NCBI GenBank assembly: GCA_003427395.1
Contig: BFEA01000002.1
Location: forward strand, 6,820,862-6,877,846
From: Chara braunii
Lineage: Eukaryota; Plantae; Charophyceae
DNA: 56,985 nt
Direction of reading: 5' to 3'
This document shows, in pieces, positions 12,791 to 23,870 of this stretch; position 1 is the stretch's first letter, and each line of letters starts with the position of its first letter. Position numbers and translations under genes: made by a program. The notes under the pieces are model-generated. The model saw nothing but the letters and a program-made list of their open reading frames with translations. It made no database searches and had not been told where the DNA came from.

Positions 12791-14782
12791 AGGAAGGATT
12801 ATGACGATCCACCCTGTATAGGGGAGATGCTGCCAATATCTTTCTTTTCTTGGGCACTTACTTAAGAGTAGATTCAGACTTAGTCATGGAAAAAACTTGA
12901 GTGAAGCGTGATATAGGGGTTCGTCCTCCATAGACTTATTGTTAGTCTTGGGAATTGATAAGTTTTGTGTTACAAATCTTGTTTGATCGATTCGATTCAA
13001 GATTGCACCAGTTTCAGCTTGATCCCACGAGGATCATATTTCGTTATCCTTGATAACGGGTCGGTTGTCGATTCGTCGGTTTACGACTAAACTTTAATCC
13101 ACTCTCGCTACGCAACCTAAAGGTTTTAGCCCATATGGTTTGAATTGCTTCTTTGGGTTTCACCTGAACTTCATTAAATGACCATTTAACAAAAATACTG
13201 AGTATTTTATTATGGAAGGTTGGACAAAGGTTAAGACTTGTATTGCTAAAGCAAAGGGTATGAGCGCAGAGAGTGGTTGAAGTTCACCCCGTGTAGTGCG
13301 TGGACTTTTGGTTGAATCTTCGATGTGATTGAATGTATGATTATGGTTTGAACTCTGGATTTGACTTGTCGGCGATCACATATATATTTATGAAGGAAGT
13401 CACATTGTGATTGTGAGAAGTGACCGTCTTCTGTCTTGTACCCCTATATATATGTATATATTATGAGTATCCGCGCGGTCTAATATGATCGTGTGTAAGG
13501 GTTGAGCGGATTTTACGTTGAAAGAAAATAGAGATCCCTTGCTTACCTTTGATTTTTGAAATTTTTATAATTGGACATTGATATCCATGACAACAGTCAA
13601 AGTCAAACCCCTTGACTTATTTTCATGCCTTTGATGATTGAGCTCGTTTTCATGACCATAGGGGCAGACGGTCATTGTAGGCTGGAACTTGTGTACCACC
13701 CACTCTCCGCAGGGTGCAAAAGAGAGTTTGGTTCTCAACCGCCTTAACGATTGCCTAGCGTCGGGAGATTAACCCCTCTAGGCGTGTGTCAGCCGACACT
13801 TTAGTGTCGAAAGTGACCCTCGAGACCACTGAGGGCCACACAATTATGGGTACTACATAGTACACTATCACTACGATTGCTTGCATACTCATGCATGGCT
13901 AGTTGATATGAGTAAGTCTGCTTCCACGAGGTATTTATCCTGAGTCCCGCGCGTGACGCCTACCTGATTTTTGTGTTGAAAAAATTATGGGTCCGATAAA
14001 AAAGGACTAGGAGCGTTTGTGTGAGTAATGCGACTCTTTGTTTTTCGCGTGGTGTAACGAGTGGTAAGAAGGATGCGTCCTAGTCAACCGGCGACGAGTC
14101 ACGCTTGGGACGTCAGCTCCCCAGTGCGTTAATTCGAGTACGGTTCCGATAGAGGAGTGGGACCCCACGTACCCCCTATGCTATAGCGTACGAGAAACAC
14201 CCTCGGCTGGGTCACCTCTACGATTGTAACTGATTAGCTTTCGCATGTCGTTTGGTAGCTCGAGGGGAATACGGTCACCTAAGAGATGGTGACAACTCCC
14301 GCGGGTGGAGGTAAATTGTACCTTGCGTGACCCTATCTTGTCGTAAGGGTTTGCGAGAGGTATGGCTGGCGCACTCCGAGTCGGCTGGAGCGGCAAGGAA
14401 GCTCCATTGCACCGCGATAAGAAAGTCCTGCACGAATCCTTCGTAACGCGGTCGGGAGGGTCCCCCCGAGGGACTGAAGCGCTCGACAATGCGTCCCCTT
14501 CTTACTTCTTTTGGAGGTCCGCTTCCATCAAATGACTGGTCCTTCCTTTTTCCGAAAGTCCCGGTTCTATAAGAGCTAGTTGTAGGCCGTCTGCAATATT
14601 GCCAAGGTCCGGTCCCCCTAAAGTTTTTCCCACTTAAGAAGTTAAGAGCCCTCTTGAATCCGGTCGCCCTCCGCCAAAAATGCGACATGTTGACACAGAC
14701 GCTGAAGCTTACTATTGACCACCGTGGAGTGCGGGAACACAACCCTAAGAGCTTTTTTTTCTAAGTGTGTGTGTGTGTGTGT

Positions 14783-14788
14783 AAGAGA

Positions 14789-14877
<89 letters not shown>

Positions 14878-15011
14878 TCTTTCAGTGCAACTTCTGTGCT
14901 GCAAACAGATATGTTCGAACCTGCCATACCTCAATCTTAGGGTTGCGGTTGTGAGCCTGGCCCAATGAGCCAAAGCAATGGGCGCTAAGTGCACTTATGA
15001 GCGAGCGAGCG

Positions 15012-15092
<81 letters not shown>

Positions 15093-15152
15093 NNNNNNNN
15101 NNNNNNNNNNNNNNNNNNNNNNNNNNNNNNNNNNNNNNNNNNNNNNNNNNNN

Positions 15153-15221
<69 letters not shown>
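14783..15221. repeat. (GA)n microsatellites with an assembly gap at 15093-15152
   Basis: Direct reading. Confidence 0.95.
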
Positions 15222-15226
<5 letters not shown>

Positions 15227-15253
15227 AAACAGCCCCATGGTTGGACGACGGCC

Positions 15254-15478
15254 GAGATGTCTCGGCCACACCCCAGACTGGCCACGATCGAGATGTCTCG
15301 GCCACACCCCAGATTGGCCACGACCTAGGTGTCTCGGCCACACCCCAGACTGGCCACGATCGAGATGTCTCGGCCACACCCCAGATTGGCCACGACCTAG
15401 GTGTCTCGGCCACACCCTAGATTGGCCACGACCAAGATGTCTCGACCACACCCTAGATTGGCCACGACCCAGATGTCG
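15254..15478 (+). repeat. 36-bp GC-rich minisatellite, ~6 units, with alternating variants
   Basis: Unit GAGATGTCTCGGCCACACCCCAGAYTGGCCACGAYC; 12-aa periodicity in the ORF track. Confidence 0.95.
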
Positions 15479-16019
15479 CGTGGCGGGGTGTGGCGGGGCC
15501 GCCCTACACAATTCATAATTAAGTCATTCGAATCTGGGTTTGTATTTCAATAGTGCAGAGGTGGAGGCCAAAGAAGAAAAAGGAAGGAAAAGATAGAAAA
15601 AAAGAAAAGAAACGAGGAACTATGAATCCACGTAGGTGGAAGTTACACCAGTGCTTTGAGGAATGTATATGGCCAGTAGGTGAGGACCGTGAAACATGTC
15701 GTTTTCTTTGTTTGCTTTTTGTTGTGAGGTCCTTATAGCGCCCTGCCAGCCAGGTAGGGCGGATTCCACACGAGGCAGTTAACTGCCTCGTTTCATTCAG
15801 CTGTAGATAAGTACTGTGGCATCCTGTATCGGACCACAATCACAACATAAGGGATGTTTTTTTTTTATTTTATAATCTGCTCTTCATGGATAGACGAGGG
15901 CCCTGACTGAACTGCTACCGAAAGGCATGTCGAGTTTCAACTACAATTGAAACTCGGCCTTGACTAAAGTGCGAAATCAGTGTTTCGAATGCAATTAAAA
16001 ACTATTTTCATGATTTCGC

Positions 16020-17135
16020 TGAAGTTACCCCTAAATTTTATTTGATATTTTTATTGAACAATTTTGATCGAAATCTACAAACTCTCAAATTTTCAAGATT
16101 TTGAACTTCTTTTTTAGTGTGAAAAATCACTGACGTTGGAGTACTTTTCCTCTGGCCCACTCGTGGCTGAGTGGCAAAAATGAAAATTTTGTTGCATCGG
16201 CATGACAATGTTTTCATCGTTTTAGTGATTTTTTTTAAATTTTCATATATATTTTTTTAAAATAACACAACCTAATCTACGAATTCTCAAGTTTTAAATT
16301 TTCCTGCGAATTCCTCTGTGCAAAAAATATCGCCAAAGTTGCGTCTTGCAAACACTGTTTCGAAACTTCGGATTTCGATCACAGGAACCCCACCACGACT
16401 TGTCCCTCTAAGTGCCACTATGCATTGCACTTACAAGTGAGACCAGTCCTATGAAATGGTTACCTATTCGCAACCCTAAGGCTGCGGTATAGTGAGTTTC
16501 AACGTTTGTATCAAGGTGTCACATTTTCTACAGCAGCGACCAGGACACAAGTGGGTTCTTAGGGAGTGGAATTTTTTTGGGGACCTGTCCTTTAAGATAT
16601 TGCAAATGACCTACAACTAACTCTTGTAGAACCGGGACTTTTGGAAAAAGTAATGACCGGTCCTCGAGTAGAAGCGAACCCAAAAAAAAAGTGAGGGCAT
16701 GTGAACTGCAGAAGGGCCTTCAGGCCGAGTCGTTGAGGCCCGCCTTCTCAAAACGGGGAGGTCAGGCGCAACGAAACAAACGTTTTGCAAAAGTCAACTT
16801 TGACGTTTTTCTGTGCTCGGAGGAATCCGCAAAAAAATCTGAAATTTTGAGAATCCATGAAAAATATCAAAACATTTAAAAAAAAATCATTTAGACGGCT
16901 AAGTAATCGTCGTGTCGATTCGACGCATTTTCTATTTTTGCCACTCCGCCATGTGTGGGCCAACTGAAAAAGAATTTTACATTCAGTGAGGTTTTGCGCT
17001 CTGAACAATGCGTGAAAAAACCCGAAAATAAAAGTACTCGTACATTTTGTTGTGATCTTTCCAAGAACAATGCTAAATGAAAAAAAAAATCCAACTATGA
17101 AACAGAATGCGGCCGCACTTTGACCCATATTTCAA
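16020..17135. repeat. Two oppositely oriented copies of the AT-rich interspersed repeat (fold-back arrangement)
   Basis: 16020-16360 resembles the reverse complement of 16780-17100 (e.g. TGGCCCAC..GTGGCAAAAAT..ATCGGCATGAC vs GTCGTGTCGAT..ATTTTTGCCAC..GTGGGCCA). Confidence 0.7.
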
Positions 17136-17154
17136 TATCGCCATTCAACCTCTA

Positions 17155-17266
17155 TCTCTCTCTCTCTTTCTCTCTCTCTGGTAGCGCCTTCCACCTCCCT
17201 CTCTCTCTCTCTCTCTTTCTTTCTCTCACTCTCTGTCTCTTTTTCGCACTCATATCAACAAATATA

Positions 17267-17344
<78 letters not shown>

Positions 17345-17402
17345 NNNNNNNNNNNNNNNNNNNNNNNNNNCCCCCCCCTCTCCCTCTCTCTCTCTCTGTC
17401 TT

Positions 17403-17442
<40 letters not shown>

Positions 17443-17515
17443 TGTCTCTCTCTCGCACTCATATCAACAAATAGAACAAACCCCTCTCTCTCTCTCTCTC
17501 ATATCAATAAATGGA

Positions 17516-17550
<35 letters not shown>
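17155..17550. repeat. (CT)n microsatellite with three embedded CTCATATCAA(C/T)AAAT motifs; gap at 17345-17370
   Basis: Direct reading. Confidence 0.9.
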
Positions 17551-17555
<5 letters not shown>

Positions 17556-18008
17556 CACGCTCTTAGTCTCATTGCTTTGGCTACCGTAGGGCTGCGGTCC
17601 CCACGCCCACGCGGTAGATAATCGGCACGACCACCTTAAGGCTGTTCGCAGCCCGTCCAGGATGCCTCTGAGACATTTCAACGTCAACCAAATTTCAACA
17701 TCGGTGGTCGTCGGGAAGGTGGGCATTTTGAGGTTTTGGGGTCTCGCAAGGGCCAGGACCTCGTAGGACCGGTAGCTGCCTGTAGGAGGCCGAGGGGGCC
17801 GCTGTCTTTTTTCGAAATTGAAACGGTGCGGGTCCACTTTTCTCGAATAGAAAACATATATGTTGTATTCGAATACAACACGTACCCTTCCTTTCTATTC
17901 GGATTTCGAAACGAATAAAACTCTTGTATTCCAATAAAATTACTTCTTTTTTTTTGGAGGTCAGCGCCTGCCCTTGTGCCCCCCGCCACTGACAAGCCGC
18001 AAATCTCT

Positions 18009-18084
<76 letters not shown>

Positions 18085-21000
18085 TTCCCTTTTTTTCAAA
18101 TACAAAAAAATAAAAACTTAAAAGAATAAAAATTGATAAATAATGAATAAAAAAATAAATTAATAAAATAATAAAACAATAAAATAAATCAAAAATTAAA
18201 AGGAAAATAATAATAATAATTATTATTATTATTATAAAATAACAAACAAAATAATAAATAGATAATAAAACTACAAAAAATAATAATAATAAAATAGTAA
18301 AATTAAAATAATAAAAATTAAAAATTAAAAAATAAACGCATATAAAAACTTAAGTTGTAAAAGAGAAAGGCAATAATAATAAGTCAAAATATGATAGTAC
18401 AAAAAGATAAGATAAGACAACCAGATACATATCAACAATCAGTACCTTCCCAATATAACGTCATTCGGCTAGACTAAAAGATAATAACAAAAATAAGTAG
18501 GCCCACTAAGTCCTATACTAATCGAGAATAATCATAAAAAAATAACCGAGATAAAATACCAGCAGGTGTATATATACAGATATACCCTCTCTACTGAGCG
18601 AAGCCATTACCCATTCTGTAGCCCTCAACGAGCCATATGCAAACCTCCACTAGGAATTCGGAGCTCCTATCGGTAAAGCAAAACGACGCAGGCAACCTTT
18701 ATCACCACATCAACTACAAAATTGTTGTCCGGTTAAGGGTACACTTGCCTATGTATGAAACCGGAAATGCACACACATAACGAAAACACAAAATCACTCA
18801 CATCAAAATACAAAGGTCACGCGTTCTCACGGAAACGTACTAATCACCATTACGAAAACGAAAAATAACTAAAAACACCACTCCGAAACGACATAGATGA
18901 TAAACAAAAAACAAATACCCACGCTGTCGGCGCGAATACCCTTACAAGGGTATCCGCCCTGGTTTTTGCAAATGACAGAAAAATGGGTTTGATCGGGATA
19001 AGTCGGGCGAGGTACGGCCTCGCCCGGGACCTGCCTTGACTAAGTTAAAGGGTATGTGGGCGCGCGATTTTTAGGCGCGCGGGTGATTTTCTTGATTGAG
19101 TGAGCGGCCGGTCTAGTCGACCGACCTGGACCGTGTTATGGGTTTGATTAGGGGGACCAAGGTTCGTTTTTGGTCGGCATGCGCGGCCGACAGTAGGGCT
19201 GGTGCGCGGGTTGGCCGCGACGGGGTCTAAGTAGGCCGGTGCGGGTGCCAGGTGTTGGCACGCCGGCTGCAGGCGGGAAAAGAAGGCCTAGGCTGTTTTT
19301 CCAGGCCTAGGCGCCGCGCGGCATCACCTCATAATAATGTCTGCGTCGAGTGGCCTCAGGCTTGGGCTTAGCCCTATAGGTTACGGTGTCGGACCATCGC
19401 CATGGAGATCTAGGGATCGAGCCCGACGGGCGTTGGCGCAGCAGCGGCGGAGCGTCAAGGAGAGCTGAGGGGGTTGAGGGCCCGATGGGGCTATCCCCCT
19501 TTGGTTTTGTTGGGAGGTGCGACTATGGGCCCGGCCCACGGGACCGGTAGGGTGCCGGAGGTTTCCGCTCCGTGTTTAGGATTTATATATATATATATAT
19601 GTTACTTTATTTTATTTCTATTTGTTGTTTTCACTGTTGTTTACGGACCCATTTGATTTGGAGCGGGGTGTCGGAGCCGATCGTCCAAGATTCGGAGAAC
19701 CGCGGATGGGGTATGGTTGCGCCTAGGACCTTTGGGGTACTCGTTAAAATGAGGAGCGGGCCAGGGTGCTTGTCATAGGCTGCGGCCTGTAGAGTATGGT
19801 GGGGGTACCGGCGCGAACCTGGCCTCGAAAGAGGGCCGGATCCGCGCCCGGCATCTAAGACAGGCGGCGCTGAATCCTCCAGCAGGCGGCGAGGGGCTGT
19901 GGGGTGTGGTCATGGCCGAAGGCCCTCGGGATTTTTGTAAAGGAAAAAGGGGGGGGAAAGATTTCGGACGATATGGGGGAGATCCGCCCGACTGTTGTGG
20001 GTAGGGAAGATATGTGCCATAGTCGGGGAGTGAACCCGGACGCGAACCGGGTTAGGGGTGGGCACAAGGTGGTGAGAGGGGTAAACGGACCGGGCGACTT
20101 TTGGCGCAGCCACGGGGCATCGCCCTGGTCCGATCTATTGGGACACCGGTATAAGATCGGGGCGTAAAAGTCCGCAGCGAATTCGGACGTGGGTTACGCC
20201 GGATGCATACGAAGGAAAGGGGGTGTCGGCCGGTGTGAGGTCCTTCAGGACATCCGTTTAAAATTGAAACGATATAGAGAAGATTAGCACGGCCCCTGCG
20301 CACGGAGGACGCACATAAATCAGAGGGAGAGGGCCGGCGCTAGTTGCTGTTTGTTTGTTTCAGCGACGGCGTGGCCCAAACTGATCGATGCGGAGTTGCA
20401 CTACGAGGCGACAAGGTGGTGACGGGAGTCGTGGGAAGGTGCAGGGGTTGGAGATGGCGGGGGCAGCGCTAAGCGGGCCAGGAGACGGGAAGATGACGAG
20501 TGGACCTAGGCGGTTTGGCGTACCGAGTACAGCCCGGGCGGAGCGACGGGGTTGAGACGAGATGGGGTCAACCAAGGGGTGTACCGGGACAGGCGCCTGG
20601 ACAAGGTGCATGCGGAGGGGAGAGCGAGGTAGCGGGAGCATGGCAACGGTGGACGAGGAAGGCGCTATCTCACCCGATTCTTAATGAATCCGGGCGAGGG
20701 AAGATTTCAAGCGGGGGGTTACGGGGCCTGCGACCCCGAATCTGAAACCGGATCCGTAAGAGGGTTAGTATAGAGAGAGTTAGTAGAGGATGGGGGTGCG
20801 GGAAACTATGGTGAAGGTGAGCGAAGCGCGGTGGAAGAGGTCTAGTCCGCTCGATCCGTGACCAAGCCACATGAACGAAGAAGTGAGTTCGGGGTTTTAC
20901 CCCGGGCGACCTCGCCGGTAAGGTTAGATTAGAGGGTAAGTTAGTGGATTTGGTGTTAGTAAGGGGAGGGCATGCGCAGTGGTGAATAGAGAGGAGGAAA

Positions 21001-22522
21001 CTCGAATGAACCTAGACGCGGGTTTGAGCTAGATGCAACCGAAAACAAACAGGACGAAGGGAGTATACAGCAGGGTCAGTCGGGGGTGAAGTCAGTTGCA
21101 GAGGGAGAGAGAGAGAGAAGGCGAACGAGGGTAAGAGAGAGCTTGCCTACCGGCCTGCATTTGGCCGCAAGGTAGCGCGAAACCGGCCGGGTAAAAGACC
21201 AGGTACGCGCTGAGAAACGGGGGAAGGATGTGCCTGGGCAGGTAGTCGCAGGAGGTACATCCGTGAGAGAGGGAGCTGGGCGAAGGTAGTGACGGGGCGG
21301 AGTGCGAAGGAAGAAAAGCAAGGCGGACCAAGGAGCCGCCGGCAGTGGCAGGGGATTGAATGTGCATGCCGAGTGTGTACAGACAGAGAAGGGGAGGTTG
21401 GAAACGCCGGGGAAGAGAGTCGGGCGAAGTCGGGGGAATGTAGCTCGATCGATTCTTAACGAAATGGACCGGGAAAGCTTGTCATCTGAAGGATCTGTGG
21501 TCGGGAACTTGCTTGGGGACTGCATATGCAGGTGTGCCGTGCGGTCTCAGCCGAAATCCGCATTGCAAGGACAGAGACAGTAAGCTAGCAAACTTACTTG
21601 GCGGCAGGCACGCCGCTCGTCGGAACCAAGGAGAGCAAGGCCTCGTTGAGGATGGTCTGTGGGACGTCGGACTGCCTCCTTGCTGGGCAGGGCGGCGACG
21701 AAGAGGTCTGCCTGGTTGCGAGCCTAAAGACTGGCTGGAGTGACCGTGACCAAGGGGGTTTGGGGTGCGAGCATTTCGCTAAGGCTGTTGCATTCATGCC
21801 GAACAGTGTTGGAGTATTGATTGGTCACGAAGTGCTCGACTAAGGTTGCTACGCTAGTCTGGATGCGACAGTTTGAGGACCGTGTAGTTGTGGCGGCATC
21901 TTGGAGGAGCGGAGGCGCAGTGTGGAGGAAGGGGTTGCTGCTGCGATTCGGGAGGTCGTCAGGTGTTTGACTTCGGGCAGTTTGACTCAATCTGACCAAG
22001 CTGGTATGCTGGCTGCCATTGTGGGGCCCTCAGGCACACCAAGATAATGAGACCCTCTCCTGCGAGTCTGAGTGCAGTCCTCCAATCTGAGAGTCCAAAA
22101 ACTCCTTTCTGCCCTCCTAACTCTAAGTCTAGTTTATTGGTTTTGAGAGGAAGGCGGCAGGCGGGATTGCGACTCGTAATCCGCGTCAAGGCCTCTGTGG
22201 GAGGTTCGCCCCACCGATTGCGGGAGCTCTGCCAGAACTCGGGAGGAGTTATGGAGGCAGGGAATTGAAAGGTAACCATTGCTTCCTCTCTATATACCTT
22301 GGTATAACCCCTATCTGTACGCCTTGCTATGTTTGGCTGAACATACCATTTTGATTTTTATTTGAGTGGCAGGATATGACTCAGATTAAATAAAGGAATG
22401 CGTGAGAAAACTCAATTTCATCTTTTGATTGACTGAAGGCAGACTTGTTTAGGAAAAAGAGGACTGCATCTGGGGGAAGTGCCGATGAAAGGTGATTTTG
22501 CCTGAGGCTGACAAGGTCTTAT

Positions 22523-23258
22523 GGGGTCAGACCAGTTCCATAAGATTGGACAGTCTGACCGCTGTATTTATCTTTGAATTGTATGGAGAGTCAGACCAGT
22601 TCTATAAGATTGGACGGTCTGATTGCTCTGAATTGTGAGGGTTGACTGTGGCTGATTTTTCAGGGGCCGAACCTGTACCATAAGATTGGAGGGTTTGATT
22701 GTCATGTTTGGTTGGGGTTTGTTCTGTTTTTTTTTGGTTCTGATCGAGGAGGTCTGAGCAAGTCCATAAGATTGGACGACTCAGCCTCCTCTTGTTTTAT
22801 TCTGAGGAAGTAATTCTCGCAGAGGGCAAGGCATGTCCATAAGATTGGATGGTCTTGGACTCATGCCGCACACAGTGGACCAGAGAGCAACGAACCTGGC
22901 AGAGGATCAAATATGTTCTATAAGATTTGACGGTCTGACCCAATGCCTCGCACATGCTGGAACCCAAAAGACTAAATTTTGGCTATATTTTATACTATCC
23001 TATTTATGAACAGGCTAGTCAGGCATGGGTTCCATAAGATTGGACGGTTTGGCTATAGCTTATCATGAAATGAAGAGAGTATAACTAAGAGTATATATAA
23101 TTTGGATATTAAACAGTTCTGGGCGGCTAAGCCTTGTTCTAAGATGAACGGCCTAGTCATATGCCCAAAATGAAGAGAGAAGTAGTTGTGCAACTTGTTC
23201 GTGTATACTCATTGGCTGAGTCAGACAAGTTCCATAAGATTGGACGACCTGACTTTAT
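22523..23258 (+). repeat. Array of nine stem-loop units (core GTTCCATAAGATTGGACG) with unique spacers, in LTR2
   Basis: TAAGAT at 22541, 22605, 22681, 22767, 22840, 22921, 23035, 23140, 23235. Stems are unit-specific, e.g. GGTCAGAC/GTCTGACC, GAGGAGGTCTGAG/CTCAGCCTCCTC, TAGTCAGGC/GTTTGGCTA. Confidence 0.85.
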
Positions 23259-23539
23259 GCCCTATGTAAGCTGGGTATAAGGGAATAAAGCATCGAGAGA
23301 TTACGAACTATTGTTTGCAAAGGTTGACTTGGGGAGGCGAGAGTACTTACCTTTGTGGGTTGGCATGCATGAGACTGAGTGAGGCTACTACTTGGGTTGA
23401 GTGTCAGATTGACAGGTAGTTGCTTTAGAGGCTCGCCTCGTGCTAGAGCAATAGGAGTTAGGTCAATTCTTGCATTTTCTGAGCTAAGTTTTTTTACTTA
23501 GATCGATGCTCGCATTTTCTGGGACCTTTTGTTATACTT

Positions 23540-23870
23540 GGCTTTGTATAAATTCTGGTAGGCTACTTTCCCTACGGGAAGTGCTGCCGAAATTTCTGCA
23601 AATCCAAGGAGTTAGTCAAAACCTTGACTTTCAGAGTTCAGCTTGTCTAAAATTCATATATGACTTAGTAAAAATCTGGAAAGTCTCCTTTTTTAAAGGG
23701 ACTGCCCAAATTTTTGCTTAATCAAGGAGTTGGACAAAATTTGGACTTCGAAAAGTCAACGGTTATTTCCGATTTGTATTTGGGATGATATAAATTTTGA
23801 AAATGCACTTTTCCTACGGGAAGCACTGCCGAAATTTTCGTGGTTTAGAGGAGTTAGATTATATTTTGAC
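23540..23870 (+). repeat. ~120-bp tandem repeat, ~3 units
   Basis: Homologous to the units at 10950-12790. Confidence 0.8.

Larger units (their letters stand above)
5718..14488 (+). mobile_element. Giant solo LTR (~7.5 kb without the nested LINE) of a Ty3/Gypsy family related to the 18925 element
   Basis: It starts TGTCGGTGTGAATACCCTTACAAGGGTATCCGCCCTG like 18925 and ends GCGCTCGACA like 25762, with collinear homology to that LTR. No PBS follows. The two flanks rejoin into one copy of a repeat seen intact at 16560-17135. Confidence 0.85.

Noticed and set aside
2-18105. ORFs rich in YI, LS, RE, CV or HT dipeptides (also 36460-42446 and 51139-56798)
   Set aside because: They are translations of microsatellites
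22523-23258. True CRISPR array
   Set aside because: Eukaryotic LTR context, no cas genes, degenerate repeats and irregular 64-114-nt periods; reported as a hairpin array instead
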